Of a DNA stretch of 64,000 nt, positions 19,565 through 29,496 are shown piece after piece. Position 1 is the first letter of the stretch, and every line of letters starts with the position of its first letter. The stretch lies in the IMG/VR virus record IMGVR_UViG_3300024268_000023; one strand, given 5' to 3'. The notes beneath the pieces were generated by a model. The model was not told where the DNA came from and did not search any database. It saw only the letters and a list, made by a program, of their open reading frames with translations. A program made the position numbers and the translations under genes. This DNA is from a virus. Lineage: Duplodnaviria > Heunggongvirae > Uroviricota > Caudoviricetes.

Positions 19565-22500
19565 ACCAACCTTTCATAACCGTTTAAATACCAATAACCT
19601 GCTTTGTTTTTATTCAAATCACGAGCAAAAACGATATCCCCTACTGCAAGAGGTTCTCGGTCAAACACATCTGTACGGATTGTAAGACGAGCCGTTTTGC
19701 CTGTTCCGATAGATTTTGTTCCTACTCGATATGCCCAAATTTCGTTTTTTGTTTTACTTTTTTGCGGAGTGCAATCAGTGATAATAAGTTTTCTACGGTC
19801 TTCAGGCCGACGAGTTGTAAGGTCAACATAACCAAGAATATCGAGCTGATTTTGCATTTTAACTTTATATGGAACATCCGGGATTTCGAGTGTTTTTATA
19901 TGGTGTTCATAGGTTCTGACAAGCTCCATAGCATCTGTTATCTTTGCTGTTTTAAGTTCCTCGCCCTTTGCATTTATCGAGCACAGATAGGGCGAGAAGA
20001 GCCCGTACAACGATTCTGGAATGGAATCCTTCCTAATCTGTTTTGCTTTTCCTTGGTGGAACTGATCCCAAATATCACATATTCTAGAAAGGGTAGGAGC
20101 GTTTCCAAATTGCTCGAAATAGTCAATTCTAATCAAAGGAAGAAGCTTTGCAGTTTTTATTGAACGAGCGTCAAACCAAGCAAGTACGTCAACAAAATCT
20201 TTGTAGTTTTGTTTTGCACATTCATAGCAAGCTCGAGCCATTGTTTTGGAATATCCCTTTATAGAGGAGAGAGGGTTGGTGATTTCGTTAGTAATTGGAT
20301 TAGCAACTACGTCACGGTTGTCCTGCCCAAATCTAAATGAGGGAAACTTAATTCCAAAATAGCTTTCAGCTTCTTCTTTCGCTGCATTCATCTTGTCTTT
20401 ATCTCCCTTTGCTTCCTGTACGGCAAGGTATGCCTTGTAGAATGCAAGAGGGTGGTGAGCTTTTAACCAAGCACCGTAAAGGCTGTCCAGAGCTACGCAA
20501 TAAGCGTGCGAACTATTGAAGCTATATCGGGAGTTGTCTTCTACGACTTGCCAAAGATATTCGGTTTGTGCTGTGGCTTTATCTTTAGGCATTCCGTCTT
20601 TTACCAACTGAGAAACCATGCCGTTTACGAATTGCTCTTTTAGAGCGAGAACTTTTTCTACTTTCTTTTTAGCAATACTTTTGATTGCCGAATAACAATC
20701 GCTCATTTTAAAACCAGCGTAATGCAGGATACTCATTACTTGCTCTTGAAAGAAAATATAAGACTCAGGAAGCTCTTCGGTTTGAATAAGATCGTCAAGT
20801 GGTTTAAAATTAAAACTAAAATGTTCTCTTTCAAGGAACGGTTTTCTTGACCCAGCTCCGCCGGGACGAATAGCCGCAATAAATGTTGTGAGCTCTGAGA
20901 TGTTTTTTGGCTTATATTTTTCGACCATAGCACGAGTGCCTTCTTGCTCCACTTGGTTAATGCCTAAAGTAATTCCTTTTTCGTAAATGCTCCAGCAAGA
21001 ATCTTCAGGAGTGCACATTTTAAGAAGCTCATTAACCGTGGGAACTTTTACTTTTGCTTCAGCGTACGCTTGGTTGATTAATTTAAGTACCGACACGATT
21101 AAATGATCGTTTTTTAGAAATTTATAATCTTCTGCGGCGTGTCCATCAAGCAATGTGCAAATTTCATCTTTTACTCGAACTAACCCGATTTCTTTTCTTA
21201 TATCGCCTTGATAAATAAGGCTCGAACACGGAGCTATCGACCAGCTCGTTACCGTACCGAGATAAACTTTTGATTCGTCGAAAATGTGCTTATACTCTTT
21301 CGGAATGTATTTTTCTATATCTATAAAATCCTTCTCATCTTCTTCGGCGTGTTTCAAAGCTGACTCGTATTTTTTAATTCCTTCAGAAACTTTATTTGCC
21401 GCTTCAAAGGGAATTCCTGCGCTCTTTGCATAAAGTTTAAAGCTTGCAGCAACTTTACTTGTGCCGTACGCAATCATCGGGTAGCTATGACATGCTCCCA
21501 TAATTTCACTTTGAGCTTGTAAAAATGGTGCAGAATCCGCCTCGTTCATATCGATATCGGCTAATGATTTTGTTTCCAGTACCCTCTCAGTGCTGATAAA
21601 TCTGGATGGATACATATGTATTTTTGCTGAAATCCTATCGACTTCGGAAAACCCTAACAGAGTATTGGTTAAGAAGGAAACTGCAGATCCTCGCCCTGTG
21701 TGGGTTAATTGTCCGCCAAGTTCTTTGCCTCGTTTCATTACATGGTAGTCAATTATAAAATAGTCAGATAGGCCTGTATCCACGACAACTTTTATTTCAT
21801 TATTTATTTCATCTATATAATGTTCCCATTCACGTTCGGGAACTTCGTATTTATATTTTTCCCAGCCTTCCCAAACTAGACGCTTATATTCTTCGTTTTT
21901 TTGCTCTTGACTCCAATCAGGGTATAAACTTGGAAGTTTGACTTCCTTTGTAAAAATCGGAGAATCGTATTCTTCAACCTCGCTAAATACAAGGGTGTTG
22001 GACATAGCTTCTTCAATTTGAGCACCATTGAGCACCCCCTGAGAAGCAAAGCGTTGGTAGAGTGTGTTTCCATCTGGGTAATCTAAAATAAAATTCTGCT
22101 CACCGGAATCTTCATATCTGATCCCTTTTGTTTCAAGGTAGTTGATGCGATCTATAGCATCTTCTGGCTTTATATAGTGACTATCGCACGCTGCGAGCAA
22201 CGGAATCTTAAGCTTATCGTGTAGTTTTAAGATGTGGTTGTTAAGTTCGATTTGATTTTCTTCCACGTGCGGTTGAACTTCGAGAAAAAAGTTATCCCCG
22301 AAATGATTGTGAAGCTCTTCTACAAGTGGATCCATAACGTCATATCCATATTTCCATCCAGCTATACATGCGCTTGAGCACCATACGTCTTCGGGCGGCA
22401 AGCTCATGAGCACGGAAGGATCAAGTCTCGGCTGACGATAGAAGGAGAATTCATTTGCGTCGCTTAAAGCTTCTGTAATGGCTTGCCTGCCGTGCTCGTT

Positions 22501-22803
22501 TTTTGCGGCGAGAAAGATGTGACAGTTCGTAGAATCTTTCTCGAACCGATCTAAAACCCAATAGGCCTCTGCTGCAAACAGAAATTTTAGTCCGTATTTT
22601 TGAGCCAATTCGTAATATTGCCAAATGTTGCCTTGAAATCCGTGCTCACACGAACTCAAAATTCTGTCTCCAATTTCTTGAGCACGGATGGCATATAGCT
22701 CGGGATCTGTACAGACATCTTGCTGGCGGCAATTTGTGTACCAGGAATGCTTGTGTTGGTTGCAGTATTCATACTTTTTCATACTGCGCACCTCGATGAG
22801 CAC
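19561..22803 (-). CDS. dnaE: DNA polymerase III alpha subunit (DnaE-like, with PHP domain)
   Basis: N-terminal PHP domain with His/Asp motifs. GRGSAVSFLTNTLLGFSEVD matches the DnaE palm motif GRGSAAGS. Length 1080 aa. Confidence 0.85.
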   Translation of the reverse strand: MLIEVRSMKKYEYCNQHKHSWYTNCRQQDVCTDPELYAIRAQEIGDRILSSCEHGFQGNIWQYYELAQKYGLKFLFAAEAYWVLDRFEKDSTNCHIFLAAKNEHGRQAITEALSDANEFSFYRQPRLDPSVLMSLPPEDVWCSSACIAGWKYGYDVMDPLVEELHNHFGDNFFLEVQPHVEENQIELNNHILKLHDKLKIPLLAACDSHYIKPEDAIDRINYLETKGIRYEDSGEQNFILDYPDGNTLYQRFASQGVLNGAQIEEAMSNTLVFSEVEEYDSPIFTKEVKLPSLYPDWSQEQKNEEYKRLVWEGWEKYKYEVPEREWEHYIDEINNEIKVVVDTGLSDYFIIDYHVMKRGKELGGQLTHTGRGSAVSFLTNTLLGFSEVDRISAKIHMYPSRFISTERVLETKSLADIDMNEADSAPFLQAQSEIMGACHSYPMIAYGTSKVAASFKLYAKSAGIPFEAANKVSEGIKKYESALKHAEEDEKDFIDIEKYIPKEYKHIFDESKVYLGTVTSWSIAPCSSLIYQGDIRKEIGLVRVKDEICTLLDGHAAEDYKFLKNDHLIVSVLKLINQAYAEAKVKVPTVNELLKMCTPEDSCWSIYEKGITLGINQVEQEGTRAMVEKYKPKNISELTTFIAAIRPGGAGSRKPFLEREHFSFNFKPLDDLIQTEELPESYIFFQEQVMSILHYAGFKMSDCYSAIKSIAKKKVEKVLALKEQFVNGMVSQLVKDGMPKDKATAQTEYLWQVVEDNSRYSFNSSHAYCVALDSLYGAWLKAHHPLAFYKAYLAVQEAKGDKDKMNAAKEEAESYFGIKFPSFRFGQDNRDVVANPITNEITNPLSSIKGYSKTMARACYECAKQNYKDFVDVLAWFDARSIKTAKLLPLIRIDYFEQFGNAPTLSRICDIWDQFHQGKAKQIRKDSIPESLYGLFSPYLCSINAKGEELKTAKITDAMELVRTYEHHIKTLEIPDVPYKVKMQNQLDILGYVDLTTRRPEDRRKLIITDCTPQKSKTKNEIWAYRVGTKSIGTGKTARLTIRTDVFDREPLAVGDIVFARDLNKNKAGYWYLNGYERLV

Positions 22804-24773
22804 GGCCCCATAGGAGGCCCGAGCACCTCGTCTTCACAATCAAGCTGAGGAACGCCATAAGGCAGAGGGGTATCTCCATAATCGGTCTTATCCCAGTCAT
22901 ATTGATGCCTTACGCTATCGTATGAATCAAAAAACCTTCTTGACGGCTGATCATAATAAAGTCCAATTGTTTTATTAGCTCCACTGCCAAACCTGTCTTT
23001 GAGCACGTCCAAAAGAACATCGTATTTCACCGGCATTTCCACCATCTTGCCCGACTTACCAATTACTCCTTCTTTTTCTTTTGGAGTTACTCGATAAAGA
23101 GCAAGAACTCGGTGGGAAAGATTTACCGCACTAACAACGCCTTGTAAATCAAAAATCGACATTCTTCTTAATGTGTCGAGTTTTTTAGGATGTAAAACCA
23201 CGAGACAAACCACATTCCATTTCTTACTGAAATCAATGATATCTCGTATAAATGCATCCTGTTTTGTCCATTTGTCTGAACCGTCATCTTTCGCCTCGGT
23301 ATCAATGCTGGACATATTATCAAGGACTATAAATTTCACACCATGGATTCGGACAGCCGATTCCATTGTGGCAAAGAGTCTGCTGGTTTTATGAGTAAAA
23401 CCATCTTTGTAGAAAAATAATTTTCCTTTATAATACTTATCGATAGCTCGTGCTGCTTCGGTGCGGATTTTATAATATTTGCTTCCTGTCCCAGTTTCAT
23501 AGCAGTTCATCCCACGTTGACCGGCGTGGACACTTGCAATCCAATTTTTCAGTGACTGATTAGAAAGTTCGCCGCTATAAACAAAAGAAGGGAAACCTTG
23601 ATCGAGAGCTTGACAAACCAAAGTTGAAATCAAACTTGATTTTCCTGCGCCAGCAACTCCCGTTAAAATTGTTGTTGTACCACAGTAGAATTTATCTAGC
23701 GCATTATCCAAATCTTTAAACCCAGTGACAAATCCGTCAACATCAGCCATATTAAAAGCTGATACATCTGAATAATCAATGAGGGTTTCTATTTCGGCAT
23801 TTCTTGCTTCATTCAAAACCTTTGCAACCGCTTCTTTACCTTCATAATAAAGGAGTTCGTTAAGGTCTTTTATTTTAAACCTGGTGCCATCTCCGTTCTC
23901 AGAGGTAAATTTAGGGATATCGGCAATTTTTGTTCTGTATTCCCCAAGGCGTGTTGAGACTTCTTTGGCAAATTTTGTTCCACTTTCATCGTTATCGTGA
24001 ACCAAAATAATTTCATCAAACTGTTGAAGCCAGCTCCAACACTCCGCAATCCAGTCTCTATTGCCATCGCCTAAGGGAATTGAAACTGCGTTTTTGAATC
24101 CACATTCTACTGCAGTCGCACAATCTCCTTCTCCAGAGCAGATTATAAGAGGTTGTGCAGGATTTATTTTTGAACAGTTATAAAGGAGAAACTGTGTGCC
24201 AGCTCCGGGTAGACACCATATCTTTGTTTCTCCATGAGGAACCTTGCTGGACTTTCTTACTTTGACCATAGCAAGAACGTCATTAAAGTCCCAGTATTGA
24301 AATAGAGTGTTTCCCGAAGGATCTTGCTCTATTCCAAGATAATCTATTGTTTCCGGGGAAATGCATCTTGAACCCCAGTATTCATAAACTTTATCTTTTG
24401 TGCCAGCATAAGTAGGCTTTGGATATTTATAATCGCTTTTTGCCAAAACGCCTCTTTCGGTAAAATCGTAAGGAAGTTTTGCTTCTTCAAAAAGCATTTC
24501 GCAGGCTCCGATAAAAGAACAGCCAAGAGCCTGCATGTAAGCATCCACAATGTCGACCGTATATCCGCATCCAAAGCACTTATAGCTGTATGTTTTTGGA
24601 TTGTATGAGCAGGATGGAGTGCTGTCTTCGTGGGTGGGGGAAGGACAGCAGCACGTATGTCTGCTCGGATTATATTTTTCAACTTGAAGGAGCTCGGCGA
24701 TGATATCCGCGTTTCGTTCCCCAAGTTGCTGTTTCGCTTTTAAGATCTCACTCGGATCTATCAACATCCGCAA
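22779..24773 (-). CDS. primase-helicase (DnaG-like Zn-finger/TOPRIM plus DnaB-like helicase)
   Basis: N-terminal CCCPSPTHED...CFGCG zinc-binding motif. TOPRIM acidic residues. C-terminal Walker A GVAGAGKSS. Confidence 0.8.
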   Translation of the reverse strand: MRMLIDPSEILKAKQQLGERNADIIAELLQVEKYNPSRHTCCCPSPTHEDSTPSCSYNPKTYSYKCFGCGYTVDIVDAYMQALGCSFIGACEMLFEEAKLPYDFTERGVLAKSDYKYPKPTYAGTKDKVYEYWGSRCISPETIDYLGIEQDPSGNTLFQYWDFNDVLAMVKVRKSSKVPHGETKIWCLPGAGTQFLLYNCSKINPAQPLIICSGEGDCATAVECGFKNAVSIPLGDGNRDWIAECWSWLQQFDEIILVHDNDESGTKFAKEVSTRLGEYRTKIADIPKFTSENGDGTRFKIKDLNELLYYEGKEAVAKVLNEARNAEIETLIDYSDVSAFNMADVDGFVTGFKDLDNALDKFYCGTTTILTGVAGAGKSSLISTLVCQALDQGFPSFVYSGELSNQSLKNWIASVHAGQRGMNCYETGTGSKYYKIRTEAARAIDKYYKGKLFFYKDGFTHKTSRLFATMESAVRIHGVKFIVLDNMSSIDTEAKDDGSDKWTKQDAFIRDIIDFSKKWNVVCLVVLHPKKLDTLRRMSIFDLQGVVSAVNLSHRVLALYRVTPKEKEGVIGKSGKMVEMPVKYDVLLDVLKDRFGSGANKTIGLYYDQPSRRFFDSYDSVRHQYDWDKTDYGDTPLPYGVPQLDCEDEVLGPPMGPCSSRCAV

Positions 24774-24939
24774 TAACGCCCCATTTCAAATATCTGATCT
24801 CGGCGATTAAATGGTGAATTGCCTGGGCAAGCGGATCTGAGTTATCGTGTGTTACGATATATTCGTTTATTACATCGAAGACTTTATCTTCTGTCACTTG
24901 ATCATCCTTTCCGCAAACTTTCAGTTACCAACAATCTCC

Positions 24940-25716
24940 TCAACAAAAACCAATTTCGTTTTCCTCACACTTATAACGGAAATCGCAAAGTTCATTACAC
25001 ATAAATTCACTTGAACGATCTTGTAAGAACATTTCCGTTTCTCTGATTTTTTCTACGGTTTTATAGACCCAATCCCATGCGGCATCGTAATCTTCTTTTT
25101 TGAATGGAATATCGTATGCTTTTTGGTCTCGGAAACAATAAAACCTTAATGTATCGGGAAATCCCAAGCCGGATTCTTCTGCGTATCTTGAATAAAGATA
25201 TAGCTGTCGACCATAATCAGCTAATTCTTTTTTGGATTTGAATTTGCTTTTACTTTTCCAGTCATGAAAAACGAGCTTTCCATCTTCCTTATAGATGAGG
25301 TCAATGAAACCCCTTAAAATGAAAGGTTTTTCTTCGTGTTCACAAAGCAAATCAAATTCCTGCTCAACTCCAAGGATTGTCCAATCTTTATCTTCAAATT
25401 CGTAAAAGAAGTCATAACCGTCGTTATAATATTTTTCTGCTAAATCAACATTGAACATCTCGGGAAAATCGTGTCTGATTTCAATTCCGTATCCGTTTTC
25501 GTATTCATCGGCAAGTTCATAAGACTCAAGTTCGCCTTTAAAGTGCCGTTCCAGGAGGGAATGGCAGAATGAGCCATATTCGCTCATTGCGTTTCCCTCA
25601 CCGGATTCATGTGCTATATAATTCAGATAGTATTGATATGGACACTGTTCGAATGTTGATAATTTAGAAAATGAATATTTCTCGAGCTCTAAATCAGAAC
25701 GGGAGTTCATCATCAT
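24940..25716 (-). CDS. PD-(D/E)xK nuclease with C-terminal Cys cluster (Cas4/RecB-like)
   Basis: IDLIYKEDGKLVFHDWK nuclease core and a C-terminal CNELCDFRYKC. Start set to the MMMNSRS methionines; the track ORF extends upstream into the SSB gene. Confidence 0.55.
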   Translation of the reverse strand: MMMNSRSDLELEKYSFSKLSTFEQCPYQYYLNYIAHESGEGNAMSEYGSFCHSLLERHFKGELESYELADEYENGYGIEIRHDFPEMFNVDLAEKYYNDGYDFFYEFEDKDWTILGVEQEFDLLCEHEEKPFILRGFIDLIYKEDGKLVFHDWKSKSKFKSKKELADYGRQLYLYSRYAEESGLGFPDTLRFYCFRDQKAYDIPFKKEDYDAAWDWVYKTVEKIRETEMFLQDRSSEFMCNELCDFRYKCEENEIGFC

Positions 25717-26128
25717 TTTCTGCCTGTACATCAATTGTTGCTTTAGCCTTTGTAGCTGGCTGTACTGCAGGTCTGTCATCAGCTTCAGGTGCTTCTCCTT
25801 CAGAAGATTCTTTTGTTCTGGGGGTAAATTCAACATTTTCTGCAAGAACCTCAACTGTTTTGCGTTTTTTGCCTTCTTTATCTTCCCATACTCTGGTTTG
25901 AATAGAACCTTCAACTACGATAGGGGAACCTTTCTGGAAATATTTGCAGATGAATTCAGCGGTGTGCCTCCAAGCAACAATATCGATCCAATCGGTCTGA
26001 GCTTCGGACTCCTTTCCGGAGTAGGGACGAGTAACAGCAATCGTAAAATCAGTTACATTTTTACCGTCTCCAGTTTGGCGAAGTTCAGGGTCGGCGGCAA
26101 GTCTGCCAATGAGAAATACTTTATTCAT
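25694..26128 (-). CDS. ssb: single-stranded DNA-binding protein
   Basis: OB-fold SSB sequence with the canonical acidic tail DDELPF-COOH. Confidence 0.9.
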   Translation of the reverse strand: MNKVFLIGRLAADPELRQTGDGKNVTDFTIAVTRPYSGKESEAQTDWIDIVAWRHTAEFICKYFQKGSPIVVEGSIQTRVWEDKEGKKRKTVEVLAENVEFTPRTKESSEGEAPEADDRPAVQPATKAKATIDVQAENDDELPF

Positions 26129-26131
26129 GTG

Positions 26132-27022
26132 TTAGCCCTCCATTACTTTAAGCTCTGCGAGAAGTTCTTCGAGGAGAGCTTTGTCGTCAATTTTGTTGTA
26201 GTTTGCTACGCCAAGTTTTTCTTTTACTTTGGCTGTTACAGCAGTTTTATCAATTCCTTTTGCGATAAGGGCATTGATTTCATTTTTGATATCGGTATAG
26301 ATATCGCTTTCTACGATGCCAGTAGTATGAATCGCTCGGGCTTCGGCTTCTTTACCTTTGTTTGCCCAGTTATAGAGAGCAACACCATCAGCTTCAGTAA
26401 GCTTTTCGTATTTGCCTTCGAAAAGGTGAGTGTTGTCTTTGAGACATTCAGCAATGTTGGTGTCCTGGTGAAGATTGAATGTAACGGTGTAGTTATATTC
26501 AATATCCTTTTCCTGCTGCATGCCCATACCAACTTTTTTGGGCTGCTGTTTGCCATTTTTCTCCTCGAGAACGTATTCGTCTTTACCTCTTGCCGTTACA
26601 ATAAGATGGCAGGGGGCTTCGAGGATTTTGTTCATAAAAGCCGCATGGCGAGGTTTAAGCTTACCCCAGTTCGCCCAGCTGTTTGATCCGGGCATTTTGT
26701 CGTGAAGCTCATTGAGGAATTTCCATTCAGAAGAAGAGCTATCAATGATAAGAACCTGATAGCCTTCAGCAACTGCATCATCAATTGCCTCAATAAATCT
26801 TTCGGGTGCGAAATCCGTAAGCTGCATATCGTCAAAATCGAATTCATCAGCATAGTAACGGATTCTCCCGTTTTCGGTGTCGACGGCTGCAATTCTTGAC
26901 CCGCAAGCCTTTGCTAACCCAGTTGCAAGACGAAGAGCGGAGTAGCTCTTTCCTGAACCGGAAGGGCCATTCAGTAGAACTTTCAGCCAGATTTTTTCTC
27001 GTTCCGCTTTCTTAAAAGCCAA
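26132..27022 (-). CDS. RecA-like/AAA ATPase (Sak4-like recombination protein)
   Basis: Walker A GPSGSGKS, Walker B LIIDS. Adjacent to ssb. Confidence 0.6.
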   Translation of the reverse strand: MAFKKAEREKIWLKVLLNGPSGSGKSYSALRLATGLAKACGSRIAAVDTENGRIRYYADEFDFDDMQLTDFAPERFIEAIDDAVAEGYQVLIIDSSSSEWKFLNELHDKMPGSNSWANWGKLKPRHAAFMNKILEAPCHLIVTARGKDEYVLEEKNGKQQPKKVGMGMQQEKDIEYNYTVTFNLHQDTNIAECLKDNTHLFEGKYEKLTEADGVALYNWANKGKEAEARAIHTTGIVESDIYTDIKNEINALIAKGIDKTAVTAKVKEKLGVANYNKIDDKALLEELLAELKVMEG

Positions 27023-27068
27023 AACGCATCATCCTTTCTATAATAAAATTAATCAAAGACGAGTTTTA

Positions 27069-27097
27069 TTGACAGAAGGCGACAGAAGCTGTATAAT
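27069..27097 (+). promoter_or_regulatory. consensus sigma70-type promoter (TTGACA-17-TATAAT)
   Basis: Exact -35 and -10 hexamers with 17-nt spacing, pointing the opposite way to the surrounding genes. Confidence 0.65.
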
Positions 27098-27181
27098 AAC
27101 AATGCTGTTATATTGCTTGCTCCTCGAGCCGTAATATACGCTTATGCGTCCCCATGATCGGTCACAAAAGGAGTTGATTGA

Positions 27182-27283
27182 ATGGAGCGTACAACAGCAG
27201 TTGTAGACAGAATCGTGTCTATAATCGCTAATTTAGCTTTTATAGCAGCTTCTGTCGTATCTATCGTTTGCAACTTGAATTAA
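27182..27283 (+). CDS. 33-aa hydrophobic peptide
   Basis: AAAGGAG RBS 8 nt upstream of the ATG. Lies downstream of the consensus promoter and upstream of a hairpin terminator. The peptide is a single TM-like segment. Confidence 0.4.
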   Translation: MERTTAVVDRIVSIIANLAFIAASVVSIVCNLN

Positions 27284-27302
27284 AGTTGCAAACAACCACG
27301 AA

Positions 27303-27331
27303 GGCGGAGCGCCAACTCCGCTTTCGTTTCC
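27303..27331 (+). terminator. hairpin terminator (GCGGAG-CGCCAA-CTCCGC followed by TTTCGTTTCC)
   Basis: 6-bp GC stem with a CGCCAA loop, followed by a T-rich tract. Confidence 0.45.
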
Positions 27332-27436
27332 TATCCTCTGGAGGAACAAGCTAAGTTTCCTAGGCCGAACTTGTTTCTCCTTCCTCAATTATCCGATGGA
27401 GCAGAATCGAATTCATTTCGTTTTTGCTCCATTTTT

Positions 27437-27775
27437 TCATATGTGCTCGCTGTCGCTACTTTCAGGTAGCCATCCGGTAGTTTCTCGTACAGAACAAACA
27501 CTCTCTTCACCGGATCTAATGTCGTAACCCAAATCCGTTTCGTCTGCGACGTGTAAACGAGTGGCGTCATTTCGTTTTTCGGCAAAAATTTTTTCAATTT
27601 CGTTTCTGTACTTTTTGTACTCGTTGAAGACATAGATGAATTCCTTTCCGTCAAGTACATACATAAATGCTACAAGATATTTGTTGTTATGGCATCTAAG
27701 AGCCCCGAATTCATCGATTTCAGAGTCTGTTAAAAGCCGATAGTGAAAGATAAAATCTTTTAGTTTGTCGAACAT
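27437..27775 (-). CDS. hypothetical protein
   Basis: 112-aa ORF. The overlapping 27385..27660 frame was judged less likely. Confidence 0.4.
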   Translation of the reverse strand: MFDKLKDFIFHYRLLTDSEIDEFGALRCHNNKYLVAFMYVLDGKEFIYVFNEYKKYRNEIEKIFAEKRNDATRLHVADETDLGYDIRSGEESVCSVRETTGWLPESSDSEHI

Positions 27776-27792
27776 ATGTTCTCCTAAATATT

Positions 27793-28101
27793 TTAATCAG
27801 CTAATTCTCTAAGAATTTCTGATACGAAATCGGCAAAAGTATCAGTTTCGGAATCGTCTGTTCGGATTCTTCTAAAGACCGGATATTTGCCATACTTTTT
27901 AGTATATTCGGATCGTTTCTCCAAATATTTGGTTTGTAGAGCGAGGATTTCTTTTTCGGCTGCCGCTCTTTCAAGTTCAGCAAGTTCTTTTTTCTTTCGT
28001 TCTTCTTCTTTGCGGATTCTTTCGGCACATTGAAGCTCGCATTTTGCGCGAGCCTCAATATTATCGAATTCTTTTCCGCAAAAACCACAAGAATAGGGCA
28101 T
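27793..28101 (-). CDS. hypothetical coiled-coil protein with N-terminal zinc-binding motif
   Basis: CGFCGKEF...CELQC motif followed by a charged helix. Confidence 0.45.
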   Translation of the reverse strand: MPYSCGFCGKEFDNIEARAKCELQCAERIRKEEERKKKELAELERAAAEKEILALQTKYLEKRSEYTKKYGKYPVFRRIRTDDSETDTFADFVSEILRELAD

Positions 28102-28147
28102 TTGCAGTTCTCCTTTTAATAAATATTTTTTATTTCAAGAAACTCAA

Positions 28148-28636
28148 TTAAGTTTCAGGAATAGCTGTATGATAATAACCATTACAAACATAAAGATTGG
28201 TTTCTTCGTTATCTTTTAAAGCTACCACTAAGTAATGTTTGAATGAACGTTCAGCGTAATCAATGTTTTTATAAGTAGAAAGTTCATTTAGAACTTCTTG
28301 ACAAAGTTGGTTAATGATTTCTTTCTCTTTTTCATTTTCAGCATCTTCATTGACCGATATTTCATAAAAATGATTCGGAAAAACTAAATTATCTTTTGTC
28401 AAAACAAGTTCTTCTTCATCACAAAGAACATATGTTCTTTTAAAACAGTGCGGACAATCTACCATTACGCAGCCATAAGCGCCGTGAGTTATATCGGACT
28501 TGGAAAAAGCGAGTTCCTTTCCACATTTTTCGCATTCGGCGCGATAAATCGGTTTCGGTTCGTCGCTGTGGCTGCTGATTTTTGCTGTTACTTTTTTCAT
28601 GTTAAATCCTCCATAGGGTCTTGGGTTTACGGGCAT
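28148..28636 (-). CDS. hypothetical zinc-binding protein
   Basis: CEKCGKEL...CPHCF cysteine pairs. Confidence 0.45.
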   Translation of the reverse strand: MPVNPRPYGGFNMKKVTAKISSHSDEPKPIYRAECEKCGKELAFSKSDITHGAYGCVMVDCPHCFKRTYVLCDEEELVLTKDNLVFPNHFYEISVNEDAENEKEKEIINQLCQEVLNELSTYKNIDYAERSFKHYLVVALKDNEETNLYVCNGYYHTAIPET

Positions 28637-28892
28637 ACGGCTGTGTCACTTTCTTTGGAGTAGGATTTAATTATATCATAGAATTAATATAAGTCAACAC
28701 CACTATATGAACATTACTACCATATTTAGTAAACTTTTTATTAATAAATTGGTTGTTTTGCATAAAAATAAGACATTGAATGTTATGTTAAAAGATTTGA
28801 CATAATTTTCAAATGCGGATACAGTAAAAAGTCTCATTTTATATCTGCACTTGGAAATTTATTTAAATATATATGTCAAATAGTGTTATTAT

Positions 28893-28935
28893 TGCTCCGG
28901 TGGGAAAGAGGCGAGCATTGCTCGCCTCTTTCTAT
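28893..28935. terminator. GC-rich hairpin (AGAGGCGAGCA-TTG-CTCGCCTCT) with T-run on plus side
   Basis: 11-bp stem. Lies just downstream of the end of minus-strand gene 28945..29484. Confidence 0.4.
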
Positions 28936-28944
28936 TTATTTTTT

Positions 28945-29484
28945 TTAGATTATTCGTTCGTTGTCATTATCTAATGTTGGATCGGGAGAAGGAAATACGT
29001 GGGGATCGACAATCTCAGGGTGCGTTAAATAAACTTGCCTCTTTTTAAGTTCTTGATATCTAAGATTTTTCTCTAACAATTCTCTACTAAAAGGGTCACA
29101 TACACCAAACTCACAAATTTTAATTTCTCTTTCAACATAGCTTAAAGGCATTGAACTGATTTCTTCAATGTCAGATTGGCATAATGGCGATTTTTTTATT
29201 GAGTCCTCAGATATCGTGTTTAACGCCTCTTTCTCATTTTTAGATTCGTTTAATATACCCAATAAGAATGGAGTGATTAATATTATTATAAACCAAAGTA
29301 AAAAGGCATTGGCATTGATATTTTCTTTACCACTATAAGACGTAAATAAAAAAAGAAGGGGAAATATTAAAGCACATGCCCAAGCAATCCACAATGCTTT
29401 AGTAATATTCAATTTTTTCACGAACATCACCTCGCAAATGTCAAGTGCAATCATCTGAATATTTGGTTTCATTTTGGACAGCAT
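28945..29484 (-). CDS. membrane protein
   Basis: Two or three TM helices in a 179-aa ORF. Confidence 0.45.
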   Translation of the reverse strand: MLSKMKPNIQMIALDICEVMFVKKLNITKALWIAWACALIFPLLFLFTSYSGKENINANAFLLWFIIILITPFLLGILNESKNEKEALNTISEDSIKKSPLCQSDIEEISSMPLSYVEREIKICEFGVCDPFSRELLEKNLRYQELKKRQVYLTHPEIVDPHVFPSPDPTLDNDNERII

Positions 29485-29496
29485 GTGCTGTCCTTT

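Noticed and set aside
24344-24724. Antisense or alternative-frame ORFs inside large genes (for example 24344..24724, 23173..23394, 19762..20163, 14529..14882, 15890..16081, 11435..11656).
   Set aside because: They are embedded in strongly supported long genes (primase-helicase, PolIIIalpha, RNR, integrase) and have no independent signals.
25694-25914. N-terminal 66 codons of track ORF 24940..25914 overlapping ssb.
   Set aside because: The nuclease homology begins after the MMM at about 25716. The upstream extension is the out-of-frame read-through of the ssb 3' end.
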